The notes under the pieces were generated by a model. It was given only the letters and a program-made list of their open reading frames with translations. It had not been told where the DNA came from and searched no databases. DNA of 58,217 bases, from the NCBI GenBank assembly GCA_016839365.1, contig JAEOUH010000063.1, forward strand, positions 1-58,217. The letters are read 5' to 3'. The stretch is from Candidatus Hermodarchaeota archaeon (GTDB taxonomy: Archaea > Asgardarchaeota > Hermodarchaeia > Hermodarchaeales > Hermodarchaeaceae). Both the position numbers and the translations under genes were made by a program. The number at the start of each line of letters is the position of its first letter. Position 1 is the stretch's first letter. Positions 36,812 through 46,033 of this stretch are shown here, one piece after another.

Positions 36812-37219
36812 ATGGGAAAGCACACAAAACGAAACATCGCAATTGCCATTATTCTCATTGTCGTCATTAGTACAGGTGTGTACTTTGGACTTGCCTATCC
36901 ATTCCCTGTCCAGTCTACACCCATAAGTCTCACGGGTATCCTCACCCAAGAGGATATCCCCGTAACGATTATGTGGCCTAATGCGCAAATGCAGGTCTCC
37001 ATTCATCTAAGCTCTGTGACGGCTGTATGGGCGTGGGAGATTCGAGACGCATCGAATAATTTTGTTGATGGGGAGGTCAATATTGATACCTCGACAACAA
37101 CTATCACAACACCTTGGCATGACGCATCCGGCTCCTATACTATTATCATCACCTGTATTGGTGATCTTGAAGGCACAGTGACCGTCTTTGCTCGTGGATG
37201 GCCATTTATAACAGCCTAA
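36812..37219 (+). CDS. Membrane-anchored hypothetical protein, paralog of 22340..22852
   Basis: Basic N-terminus plus TM segment, beta-rich body, ends LEGTVTVFARGWP. GAGGTG SD. Confidence 0.7.
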   Translation: MGKHTKRNIAIAIILIVVISTGVYFGLAYPFPVQSTPISLTGILTQEDIPVTIMWPNAQMQVSIHLSSVTAVWAWEIRDASNNFVDGEVNIDTSTTTITTPWHDASGSYTIIITCIGDLEGTVTVFARGWPFITA

Positions 37220-37260
37220 ACAAGGAATAGGTTGTTTCTACAAAGCAGGTAACTATGTCC

Positions 37261-38058
37261 TCATTGGCTTCGTAGCTCACTTAAAAAAGAATGCAAAATG
37301 GTGTTGAAATTCGAAGGTTCTTCAAGCATGCAATTATGCCCTGCTCCTTTCACCAATTGGATTTGAGCTTGCGGTAGAAGCTGTTGCATCTGAGTAGCGC
37401 TATTTGGTGTAGTGGCTGAATCAAATTCTCCGCTGATGAGAAGGGTGGGTATCTTGATGTCTGAAAGACGAGAGGTTACGTTGAATTTCTTGACATCCTG
37501 AAGGATTTCCAGAATAACATGGGTGGGAGTTCGGAGGGATTCATCATTCACCCATTCAACTAGTTCTGGGTCAACATCGGGACCGAACAATTCTTTTTCC
37601 GTAAATTTTGAGGCTCTATTTCTTGATAGTCTAATCATGAAGCGAAGAAAACTAAATTGAATACTTCGCTTCCTCGAGTCGATCGGGCGTGGACTTGTAC
37701 CCACCAATACAAGAGCTCGAGGGCTAGTTGGCTGTTCCAATGCATATTGCAGCGCTATCATCCCACCTAGTGAATGACCAACTAATACTGGGCTCGATAT
37801 CTGATATTTGGTAAGTAGAGTTTTCAGATCATCTACATGGGCTTCCACATGATACCCTCTTTCTGGTTTAGCAGAGTCTCCATGCCCTCGTAAATCGTAG
37901 GCAAAAACGTAGTTGCGTGAAGTGAAGTATGAAATCTGGTGTTTCCAAAACCGGTGTGAAGCTGCCCAACCATGAATGAAGACAAGAGGCTGCCCCTGTC
38001 CTTGTTCAACTACATATAACCTGACAGGTTCAGTTTGGTCTAATGTGATTTCTATCAC
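37261..38058 (-). CDS. Alpha/beta hydrolase
   Basis: HGW oxyanion motif, DLRGHG, GHSLGG nucleophile, GEFD, AGH. Confidence 0.9.
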   Translation of the reverse strand: MIEITLDQTEPVRLYVVEQGQGQPLVFIHGWAASHRFWKHQISYFTSRNYVFAYDLRGHGDSAKPERGYHVEAHVDDLKTLLTKYQISSPVLVGHSLGGMIALQYALEQPTSPRALVLVGTSPRPIDSRKRSIQFSFLRFMIRLSRNRASKFTEKELFGPDVDPELVEWVNDESLRTPTHVILEILQDVKKFNVTSRLSDIKIPTLLISGEFDSATTPNSATQMQQLLPQAQIQLVKGAGHNCMLEEPSNFNTILHSFLSELRSQ

Positions 38059-38161
38059 TCTCCATAGGAACAGCTAGATTTCAGTATGTGTACGCCTTTC
38101 CCTTGTTCTGTCCAAAGAGTTTTCCCCTGCCACACCTACCTGCTAGCACGCTGGTGTCTCT

Positions 38162-38701
38162 GTGGAAACAACTGATGCCTGGATCGTGGTCATCCGCGGT
38201 GAAGCAGAAGGAAAAGATGTTCGGGTTGCTTTAGATTTTCAAAACGCGGAATCACTGTTTAGTCCCAGCTTCTTCATAGTGGGAGACGCCTTTATTAACC
38301 AATTATTGGAACTGATTCAATCCCGAGAAAAATGGGTTGTAAAAACCGTTATCGAAGAAGTGCGAACTCCTCAAGAAATCAAGCTTCTTTCTGACACCCC
38401 ACTGTTTGCACTGCTAACAAAAAGCTATCCTCGAGGTCTCTCGGCTGGGGCATTGTTCATACTTGAAGAGGTCGCGCTCCAACCAGAAGCAGTTCCCACC
38501 ACTCCATTTGAAACCACGAATTCAATTCTCGCTCCCTCTAAACGCTTCATGCTGACGGGTTTATCACCTGTGGGATTTACAGCCGCTTGTGCTGAGGACA
38601 TCCGCCTTTTTGCTAGGTTCATTTCCCGGCTCCTCAAACGCCCTGACGCATTCGAAGAAGTCTCCCTGCTTCTACCACGAAAGAACCAAACAGCAGAATG
38701 A
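38162..38701 (+). CDS. Hypothetical protein
   Basis: 179-aa ORF filling the gap between the hydrolase and methyltransferase genes. No motif recognised. Confidence 0.55.
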   Translation: METTDAWIVVIRGEAEGKDVRVALDFQNAESLFSPSFFIVGDAFINQLLELIQSREKWVVKTVIEEVRTPQEIKLLSDTPLFALLTKSYPRGLSAGALFILEEVALQPEAVPTTPFETTNSILAPSKRFMLTGLSPVGFTAACAEDIRLFARFISRLLKRPDAFEEVSLLLPRKNQTAE

Positions 38702-38710
38702 GTCAAACAA

Positions 38711-39484
38711 CTATGTTTTTTCCGCTTTAATCACGAGGAAGAAGGGAATTCGGTGTTCACGATCAAAAAACGGGTTATTACTCGTGGGACGTGGTTCCTT
38801 AAAAGCTGCAATTTGAAAACCAGTTTGAAGTAGCAATGTCACGTAAGTACTAATGGCACGGTGAAAGAAGCTAAACTCTTGTGGAAACCCCTGACCGGAC
38901 CGCGTTTTCCATCGAACTTTGTACTCCTTTTCTTCGAAGTAATTATCCATCCTAAAGAATTTCCCCACTCGCCTTTTCGAACGGCTGCCCCTATCGCCCA
39001 ACTCCCACCTCCCTGGTCCATACACGTTGAATGCAGGATGAACAACCGAAAACACTAGAAAGCCGTTGGGTCGAAGCACGCGGTGGAATTCTTGCAGGCT
39101 TGCTTCTAAACACTCAAGGTTAAGGAGGACGAGATTACATAACACGATATCAAACTCCTCAGCATCAAACTCGGTCAAATCGCACAGATTTCCGACACGG
39201 AACTCAATCGGTACTTCTTCAGAGGTTTCCTTACTAAATTCTATTAGATTTGGAGAGAAGTCAACACCCACAACCTCTCCCCCCTTCTTGGCATAGAACC
39301 GTGAAAGGTAACCCTCTCCACACCCTGCATCGAGGATTCGACGATCCCTTACATTCCCCATGAGTTCTTCAATGCAGGGATTCAAAATCTCACGGTGATG
39401 TGGGGTTCCTCTTCCATCAATTAAATGAGCAAAGGCTTCCGCATTAGCCTGCCATTGGCGAACGAATCGGTCGGTCATAACCAA
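38711..39484 (-). CDS. Class I SAM-dependent methyltransferase
   Basis: ILDAGCGEG, GVDFS, 'RVLRPNG', 'HPAF'. Confidence 0.9.
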   Translation of the reverse strand: MVMTDRFVRQWQANAEAFAHLIDGRGTPHHREILNPCIEELMGNVRDRRILDAGCGEGYLSRFYAKKGGEVVGVDFSPNLIEFSKETSEEVPIEFRVGNLCDLTEFDAEEFDIVLCNLVLLNLECLEASLQEFHRVLRPNGFLVFSVVHPAFNVYGPGRWELGDRGSRSKRRVGKFFRMDNYFEEKEYKVRWKTRSGQGFPQEFSFFHRAISTYVTLLLQTGFQIAAFKEPRPTSNNPFFDREHRIPFFLVIKAEKT

Positions 39485-39528
39485 GCTAGTGTAAAGGGGC
39501 TATTAGACTGTGACGACGACTGTCCAAA

Positions 39529-40146
39529 TTATGTGTCATCTGTAATTTCGTCAATTGAAGCCACTAATCGTCCGGTGTACCGGTTGATAGCCAAAGTTAG
39601 CATCTGCATAATCAATGTGATAATGATCACTCCGAGAACAATGAAGACGACAAAAAGTCCGATCTCGTAGAGTAAGGTACCAGTTAATCCCATTGTAGCA
39701 AGCCAAGCGGTTCCCCACGGTTGAAGGAAATACTTCCACAGCAGGTAGTATCCATAGATACCCGCAACGAGAACAAATAGTGTCGAAATAGCAAAAAGCG
39801 TAAGAACTGTTTTAGTCGCTGAATCGTCAGCATCAATGTGCCCAACACCTGGACCGACAATGAATTTTCTGACTCTTCGGTGAAACCGTAAAAACACTCC
39901 GAGTAGCCAAACGAATAGCAGAAAGACGAATCCGCCACCAAGTAAGAGCACAAAGATGAAGATGTCATCATTAGCTACCAAGATTTGCCAGATACCAGTT
40001 AACATCAACAAGAACACCACTCCCGCTCCTAATAGGACAATGAAGGAGAGGAGTTGTAAAGCAAAGGTTACCGAGCCGATTCCACCAAAGATGCGGTCCC
40101 AATTAATTACGCGTTTTTCATGAGAATCAGGTGACATGAATACCAC
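39529..40146 (-). CDS. Four-TM membrane protein
   Basis: Four long hydrophobic segments. Confidence 0.7.
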   Translation of the reverse strand: MVFMSPDSHEKRVINWDRIFGGIGSVTFALQLLSFIVLLGAGVVFLLMLTGIWQILVANDDIFIFVLLLGGGFVFLLFVWLLGVFLRFHRRVRKFIVGPGVGHIDADDSATKTVLTLFAISTLFVLVAGIYGYYLLWKYFLQPWGTAWLATMGLTGTLLYEIGLFVVFIVLGVIIITLIMQMLTLAINRYTGRLVASIDEITDDT

Positions 40147-40243
40147 TTCGATAAAGTGCTATTTCAATACTAACCGTGGCTACGTCGAAAAAGATTTGTG
40201 TTTCTTGCTTTGTGACTGGTTGTAGAGGCTCTTTCAAGGCTTT

Positions 40244-40801
40244 TTAGAATTCTTTCTCTAATTCCTCGACGATTGTTGTATAGCGTTTGTGAACGTCTTT
40301 GCCACCTAGAATTTTATCAAAGCGGTCGAAATCCGCTTTCATCTTCCTCTTCTCTTCATCGCTGAGCATCTTCACCATGGCAGGAAAGACTTCGTCTTCT
40401 TCCATTTTGAAGTGGGGCTGCATGATTTTCAGATAATCCGTTACAGCTTTGAGAATCTTCTTTCGTCCTTCAGATGCCCCTCGGTGGTAGGCACGAATGT
40501 GTTTGTGCATTTCGTTGGCGATATCTAAAGCTTCAATGTGCTCTTCGATGAGTACAGCAATATTTCGGTCAACTTCAGTAGGTAAATCAGTATCGTGTTC
40601 GCGCAGTGTTTCAAAGAGGATATCCTCTTCCTTCGAATGATGGATCACATCAGCATAACCACGAATGAACTCCACGAGTTTCCAAAAAACTGGGGCAGGT
40701 ATTTCTTCCTCATCCTGTAGTTTATCACGTACTTTCTCAATGATGGCAAAATCTCTATCAACCAATTTGTGTTCATTAAGCAGAATATCAATAGGATACA
40801 T
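40244..40801 (-). CDS. Hemerythrin (HHE cation-binding) domain protein
   Basis: EH, HHSKEEDILF, EEH and HFKMEEDEVFP motifs. Confidence 0.88.
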   Translation of the reverse strand: MYPIDILLNEHKLVDRDFAIIEKVRDKLQDEEEIPAPVFWKLVEFIRGYADVIHHSKEEDILFETLREHDTDLPTEVDRNIAVLIEEHIEALDIANEMHKHIRAYHRGASEGRKKILKAVTDYLKIMQPHFKMEEDEVFPAMVKMLSDEEKRKMKADFDRFDKILGGKDVHKRYTTIVEELEKEF

Positions 40802-40931
40802 TGGAGGTTACCTCCGCGTCCAAAGTGTACCCCACTTGTTCATATCCTCTTCAAAAAACTTCCCTCTCTGCAAGGTTTTTAGACTCCAATCACATAATGC
40901 AGCCCCTCCTGTGTGAAATAGGCGATTCATC

Positions 40932-41858
40932 ATGGTTGTTCCTCCTGAACTCTTTCTCACCGGTGTCTTCATGGGGCTCTTCGGTGCCGCCCTGTTTGGA
41001 TTTTCCAACGTAGTCTACAAGTCACAGAGTAACGAGATTCAACCCATAGCTATCAACACTTACAAGATGTGGATTGCCCTCCCTGTGATGGCGGGTATTG
41101 TGCTTCTTCTGCTCTATCCTACAGGATTTAACGTTCCTCTCAGTGCTGTTCCCTTTCTCGCAGCCTCAATCATTATAGGTGCTGGAGTCGGCGATCTTCT
41201 CTATTTAACAAGTCAGTCTCGCATTGGAGTATCTCGGGCGTTTCCTATTGCAATGACGTTCCCAATAATTACCTATTTCTTTTCCATTCTCTTTCTTGGT
41301 GAAGCCCTACTACTCACGCGGTTTGCAGGGGTCATCCTTGCTATTGTCGGAATCAGCATCATTACTCGCGAGCAAGCCAGACAACATAAAAAGGTCCCCG
41401 AACACACCGAAGGCCTTTCGCAAAGACGGGTACATCTTATAGGAGTGCTGTTCGCTATATTAGCTGCTCTCAGTTGGGCTAGTGCAACCGTGATATTACA
41501 AGTCGGATTAGTGGGAACCGACCCGATTGATTCGAACCTCATTCGTATCCTTATCGGATCGCTCTTTCTCCTGCCCCTCTTTCTTATCGCTCGACGCCAG
41601 GGAATGCCTATGCCCACCAAGCGGGCAACGAAATACGTTGTCATTGCCGGCTTCTTTGGTATGGGTATCGGATCAATCCTCTATGTCAATGCCGTCTTCT
41701 TCACGGGCGCTGCTGTAACCTCTGTCATCGCTTCGACGGCTCCCCTCTTTGCGCTTCCCCTCACCATTGTCTTCCTCAAAGAAAGGGTCACTCTACTCAT
41801 CCTTCTGGGGACGATTCTCACCATTAGTGGAGTGTGGTTGGTTGTCTTAGGATTCTAA
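40932..41858 (+). CDS. DMT/EamA family transporter
   Basis: About 10 TM helices, 'IGVSRAFPI', 'FLGE', 'FLKERVT'. Confidence 0.87.
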   Translation: MVVPPELFLTGVFMGLFGAALFGFSNVVYKSQSNEIQPIAINTYKMWIALPVMAGIVLLLLYPTGFNVPLSAVPFLAASIIIGAGVGDLLYLTSQSRIGVSRAFPIAMTFPIITYFFSILFLGEALLLTRFAGVILAIVGISIITREQARQHKKVPEHTEGLSQRRVHLIGVLFAILAALSWASATVILQVGLVGTDPIDSNLIRILIGSLFLLPLFLIARRQGMPMPTKRATKYVVIAGFFGMGIGSILYVNAVFFTGAAVTSVIASTAPLFALPLTIVFLKERVTLLILLGTILTISGVWLVVLGF

Positions 41859-41925
41859 AAAGAAAAGAAGCTGCGAACCGATAGGTAACTCCCTCAGCTC
41901 GCAATTTTCAGTTCATTAATCTGTT

Positions 41926-42426
41926 TTAATCGTAGAATTTCTTTGCTGCCTCAATATCGACCATGATAGCTTCGAGGTCTTCTTCGTGTTCCACTTCATC
42001 AGCCAAGATTTTGTAGATGATGTGGGTGGTTATTGGATCCTTGCCTTTAATTTTCTCAATGATTGCAGTATAGGTCTTGATGGCACACTGTTCGCCTTTG
42101 ATGTTCTGTTTCAGAATTGGAACAACGAATGGATCGGTTGGCGCTTCATAGCCACAATTCGTCTTTGACATCCACTCAGATGGAGTCAGAATGGGAGTGC
42201 CTCCCAACTGAATGATGCGCTCTACGAGCATTCCAGCGTGTTCCAGCTCTTCACCAGCGTGTTCCTCAAGTTCACCAGCAACTACAGTACGCATTGGGCC
42301 AACCACAACTTTTGCCCCATTCCAATACTGGACATATGCTAGCCATTCATCCGCCAACGCTTTGTTAAGTAGTTCTATTAGTTGCTTAAGGTCATATTGG
42401 ACAATTTCACGACCAATTTTTCCCAT
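41926..42426 (-). CDS. Ferritin-like DPSL/bacterioferritin-related protein
   Basis: 'LNKALADEWLAYVQYW', EELEH, 'RIIQLGG', 'NCGY', GEQCA, DEVEHE. Confidence 0.88.
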   Translation of the reverse strand: MGKIGREIVQYDLKQLIELLNKALADEWLAYVQYWNGAKVVVGPMRTVVAGELEEHAGEELEHAGMLVERIIQLGGTPILTPSEWMSKTNCGYEAPTDPFVVPILKQNIKGEQCAIKTYTAIIEKIKGKDPITTHIIYKILADEVEHEEDLEAIMVDIEAAKKFYD

Positions 42427-42498
42427 TTGTATACCTCCCATTGAATAAGGTGGGACTTTGGTGTTGTTTGATGTGTTTGCCCACCTTATAATTGCCTA

Positions 42499-42627
42499 CT
42501 ATCGTCCAACTCGAACCATCGGTTGGTCGCAACAGACCATCTTTCCACCGCCTGCGGCAGTCACTTCAACCTCATTTCCACAGGTAATGCAACGATACTT
42601 TTCTCCTGTGTTTTTAACTTGTGCCAT
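42499..42627 (-). CDS. Stand-alone desulforedoxin-type Fe(Cys)4 protein (42 aa, absent from the ORF track)
   Basis: Translated by hand: [42 protein letters not shown]. It has the CxxC...CC..PM signature. Confidence 0.88.
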   Translation of the reverse strand: MAQVKNTGEKYRCITCGNEVEVTAAGGGKMVCCDQPMVRVGR

Positions 42628-42711
42628 AAACGATCTGCCTTCCAATTGCTAAACCTACTAGTAATCGGTTTGAAGATACTGAAATACGTTTCGTCTTCTC
42701 TCAGGCATCAT

Positions 42712-42761
42712 GAGGAAAGAAAAAGAGGAGTGCAGATGGGTGGTATCAACCGACCCTCTGC
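42712..42761 (-). terminator. Hairpin plus T-rich terminator after ferritin
   Basis: GCAGATGGGTGGT-ATCA-ACCGACCCTCTGC stem, then a pyrimidine/T tract on the minus strand. Confidence 0.45.
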
Positions 42762-42804
42762 GGTTCAAAAGTGGCGTCCTTGAAAGGATTGTATTAATCC
42801 GTTA

Positions 42805-43299
42805 CTATTTTTCGCGCTGTCCGAGTTTGGTATCGAGCATGAATAATGCGCTTTTTTGATCACCAATCTCTTTCAGCAATAGTGCGATACGCTTGGTCTG
42901 TTCTTCCTCCTCAATCTGTTCATTGTAGAACCAGTTGAGCATTGGAATAGCAGACTTGTCTTCTAGTTTTTCAGCTAACTTGCCGATTTTGAAAATACGG
43001 TCAGTTACGAGTTTTTCATGCTTGTAGGCGGTTTTGAATGCCTCCAAGGGGGATTCCCATTCCTTGTCAGGCGCTTTGATTTCCTTCAGAATGACCCGTC
43101 CACCTCGATCGGCGATATGGTCCCAAAACCGCATAGCGTGTTGGTATTCTTCGCCAGCTTGGATTTTCATCCAATGGGCCATGCCGCTGAGATTCTTGTC
43201 TTCAAAATAAGCCGCCATAGACAGGTAGATATAACCCGAATAGAGTTCGAAGTTTAGCTGGTCGTTCATTGCGTCTTGAAGTTCATCGTTAATTTCCAT
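42805..43299 (-). CDS. ftnA: Non-heme ferritin
   Basis: 'NDQLNFELYSGYIYLSMAAYF', EEYQHA, 'HEKLVT', EQIEEE. Confidence 0.93.
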   Translation of the reverse strand: MEINDELQDAMNDQLNFELYSGYIYLSMAAYFEDKNLSGMAHWMKIQAGEEYQHAMRFWDHIADRGGRVILKEIKAPDKEWESPLEAFKTAYKHEKLVTDRIFKIGKLAEKLEDKSAIPMLNWFYNEQIEEEEQTKRIALLLKEIGDQKSALFMLDTKLGQREK

Positions 43300-43367
43300 G
43301 TATCATCACTTCTGTAAGTGTAATGTTACTCGTGCGTTGACTGTTCCTCTTTATATTTGTACTGAAC

Positions 43368-43386
43368 TTCTTAACATGGTTAAGAA
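43368..43386. promoter_or_regulatory. 19-bp palindrome, candidate operator
   Basis: TTCTTAAC-ATG-GTTAAGAA, a perfect 8-3-8 inverted repeat between divergent ferritin and pncA. Confidence 0.5.
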
Positions 43387-43459
43387 ATAAAGACTTGCTG
43401 CTCCTATCGGCAGTTCAATACGCTTTTATCTTGAAATCATCTTTACACCGTTGAGTACA

Positions 43460-43999
43460 ATGAAGGCATTAATCATCGTTGATATGTTAAATGATTTTGT
43501 AACCGGCTCCCTGAAATGTGAACGAGCCCAAAGAATCATCCCTCACATTCGCGATCTCATGAGCTCCTTTCACAAGCACAAGCTTCCAGTAATCTTCGTA
43601 AATGACAGCCATCTCGATACAGATTTTGAGATGGAAAGGTGGGGGGCTCATGCCATTGAAGGCACAGAAGGCGCCGAGGTCATCCCGGAATTAACGCCCG
43701 AAAAAGACGATATCATCATTGGTAAACACGTGTATAGCAGCTTCTTCGAAACCCCCCTGGATTCTATCCTTCGAAGTCGCAAAGTCGACACAGTGATTCT
43801 CACTGGCCTTCATACCCATCTATGTGTTCGTCATACCGCTGCTGATGCATTCTTCCGAGGATACAAAATTCAGATTCCTGAAGATTGCGTCGATTCGTTT
43901 ACAAAAGAGGATCACCAATCGGGGCTAGAGTATCTAAAAGAATATTATGCTGCTAACATTACAAAGGCTGATGCAATCATCAAAGATCTCAAAAAGTAG
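43460..43999 (+). CDS. pncA: Nicotinamidase / isochorismatase-family cysteine hydrolase
   Basis: VDMLNDF, D.H, WGAHA, K..YSSF, 'LCVRHTA.DA'. Adjacent to pncB. Confidence 0.75.
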   Translation: MKALIIVDMLNDFVTGSLKCERAQRIIPHIRDLMSSFHKHKLPVIFVNDSHLDTDFEMERWGAHAIEGTEGAEVIPELTPEKDDIIIGKHVYSSFFETPLDSILRSRKVDTVILTGLHTHLCVRHTAADAFFRGYKIQIPEDCVDSFTKEDHQSGLEYLKEYYAANITKADAIIKDLKK

Positions 44000-44005
44000 A
44001 CACGA

Positions 44006-45400
44006 CTAATTCGACGAAGCTGCTTTTTCCAGTTGTGGACTGAGTTTAACGGGAAAGACTGGTGCTTCGATTAGCAACCGGTAGGACTTGGGTAATTGCC
44101 TTAATTGATCTCTACAATATTGCTGACTGTCTTGAAGTGATGGAAACTTATAACTCAGCACTCCTTTCTGGATTATCGGCACCAATAGGGGTTCTGCGTC
44201 GGGAATCACTTCATCCCATCGGGAGATTGTATCGCGATAGAACATTCTGTTTTCATCAGTTTGACGATGGACCTGTTTTCGATACGGCAATAATACCTTC
44301 CCAACGCTGAGCTTAGTTTTTGGAATAGGATGTCCATCTTTCCCGATCCGTTCAACGAGTTTATATACACCTTGCAGTGCGGATACTCCCCCCTCTCGAC
44401 TAATTGGATTATAATTGGCACCGGTGACTAGCCTGGTGCCTACGCCAAAGCCATCAATAGGTGCTCCTTCTCGAATTAATTCCTCGATTTGATATTCGTC
44501 AAGATCACTACTGACAAAGATTTTCGTTTTTTCGAATCCTGCCTCGTCAAGTAGCTTTCGGGTTTTACTGCTGAGGTCTGCAAGGTCGCCGCTATCTAAA
44601 CGCACTCCGATGAGACGATATCCTTGTTCGTTTAATTCCTTTCCAACCGTTATGGCATTTCGCACTCCTTCAAGGGTGTCATAGGTATCAACCAAGAGAA
44701 TGGTGTTGTGGGGAAAAGAAGCTGAATATTCACGGAATGCCTGTAACTCATTTGGGCGGTTTTGAATAAAAGAATGGGGCATGGTTCCGATAAAGGGAAT
44801 ATCCCATGTTTTTCCGGCTAATACAAGGGATGTTCCAGTGGCACCTGCAAGATATGCGGCTCGGGCCGCTAACAGTGCAGCGTCTCGACCATGGGCTCGG
44901 CGAGCCCCAAAATCTACAACAGTTCGCTCTCCTGCTATATCCACCATCCGTGCTGTTTTTGTCGCGACCAAGGTTTGGTAGTTCATTACGTTGAGCAGAT
45001 AGGTTTCAAGCAGTTGCACTTCAATGGTTGGGCCTGTAACATTGATGATGGGTTCATTAGGGAATACTACTGTTCCTTCGGGCACCGCATAGATATCACC
45101 GCTGAATTTGAAGTTCATGAGGAAATCTAAGAAGCCATTTCGAAAGTCTGGACCTGATGTAGCTTCTAACCATCCTAAATCCTTCTCTTCGAACCGTAAT
45201 TTCATTGCAAAGGCAATTACCTGCTCTAGCCCTGCTGCAATTAGGTAGCTACCAAAGGGTACGGAACGCACAAAATATTCCTGGGTAACCACAGCGTCGT
45301 TTTCGTGATCGAAATCAGCTTTGGTGCTCGTGAGTTCATAATAGTCCATGAAGAGGGCAAGTTCGCTAGATGTGATGAGACCAAGTTTCGGTTGTGGCAT
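44006..45400 (-). CDS. pncB: Nicotinate phosphoribosyltransferase
   Basis: DYYELT, DFGARRAH, GTMPHS, LVDTYD, VRLDSGD, FGVGT, VYKL. Confidence 0.93.
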   Translation of the reverse strand: MPQPKLGLITSSELALFMDYYELTSTKADFDHENDAVVTQEYFVRSVPFGSYLIAAGLEQVIAFAMKLRFEEKDLGWLEATSGPDFRNGFLDFLMNFKFSGDIYAVPEGTVVFPNEPIINVTGPTIEVQLLETYLLNVMNYQTLVATKTARMVDIAGERTVVDFGARRAHGRDAALLAARAAYLAGATGTSLVLAGKTWDIPFIGTMPHSFIQNRPNELQAFREYSASFPHNTILLVDTYDTLEGVRNAITVGKELNEQGYRLIGVRLDSGDLADLSSKTRKLLDEAGFEKTKIFVSSDLDEYQIEELIREGAPIDGFGVGTRLVTGANYNPISREGGVSALQGVYKLVERIGKDGHPIPKTKLSVGKVLLPYRKQVHRQTDENRMFYRDTISRWDEVIPDAEPLLVPIIQKGVLSYKFPSLQDSQQYCRDQLRQLPKSYRLLIEAPVFPVKLSPQLEKAASSN

Positions 45401-45531
45401 ACCAGTAACCTCCAAATTCCCTCTAAACGCGGGATTGAATGACTATAAGGCTTTAGGAAATCGATGATTAACTCTAGAGCAAAGGCTTTTGACAAAAAAC
45501 ACGCCGTTATTGTGACTAGGAGAATCTTAAC

Positions 45532-46029
45532 ATGTCCTCACGACTTCAAATCGGTCAATCCGCTCCACCCATCAAACTCTATGACACTGACCTGAAACAA
45601 CGCGAACTCAAAGAGTTCAAGGGGCAGACTGTCGTTGTAGCCTTCTTCCCAGGTGCGTTCACAGCTGTTTGTACTAAAGAGCTGTGTAACTTTCGAGATA
45701 GCCTTGCTAACTTTGAATCTATGAATGCTCAAATTTTAGCAATCAGTGTGAATGATCCATTTACTAACAAAGCCTTCGCTGAACAAAACCGCCTGTCATT
45801 CCCAATTCTCAGTGATTACAACCGAGTTGTTATCAGTGCCTACGATGTGGCCGGAGAGGGGTTGGGGAAACTTAATGATTACACCTATGCGAAACGCGCA
45901 GTCTTCATCATAAGTCCAGAAGGATTCATCCGATGGAAGTGGGTCTCAGACAATCCTACCATCGAGCCTCCATATGGAGAAATCCAACATACTGTCGATG
46001 ACATTGGACGTGTACAGCCATCAAGCTAG
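45532..46029 (+). CDS. Peroxiredoxin (BCP/PrxQ-like)
   Basis: FFPGAFTAVCTKELC (PxxxTxxC plus resolving Cys), 'FPILSD', 'KRAVFII'. Confidence 0.9.
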   Translation: MSSRLQIGQSAPPIKLYDTDLKQRELKEFKGQTVVVAFFPGAFTAVCTKELCNFRDSLANFESMNAQILAISVNDPFTNKAFAEQNRLSFPILSDYNRVVISAYDVAGEGLGKLNDYTYAKRAVFIISPEGFIRWKWVSDNPTIEPPYGEIQHTVDDIGRVQPSS

Positions 46030-46033
46030 AACC

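Noticed and set aside
38711-39484. Methyltransferase as N-methyl-bacillithiol synthase NmbA
   Set aside because: It is a generic class I methyltransferase 9 kb from the bsh genes, with no specific evidence.
41926-43299. Encapsulin cargo system
   Set aside because: There is no encapsulin shell gene and no cargo-loading peptide on either ferritin-like protein.
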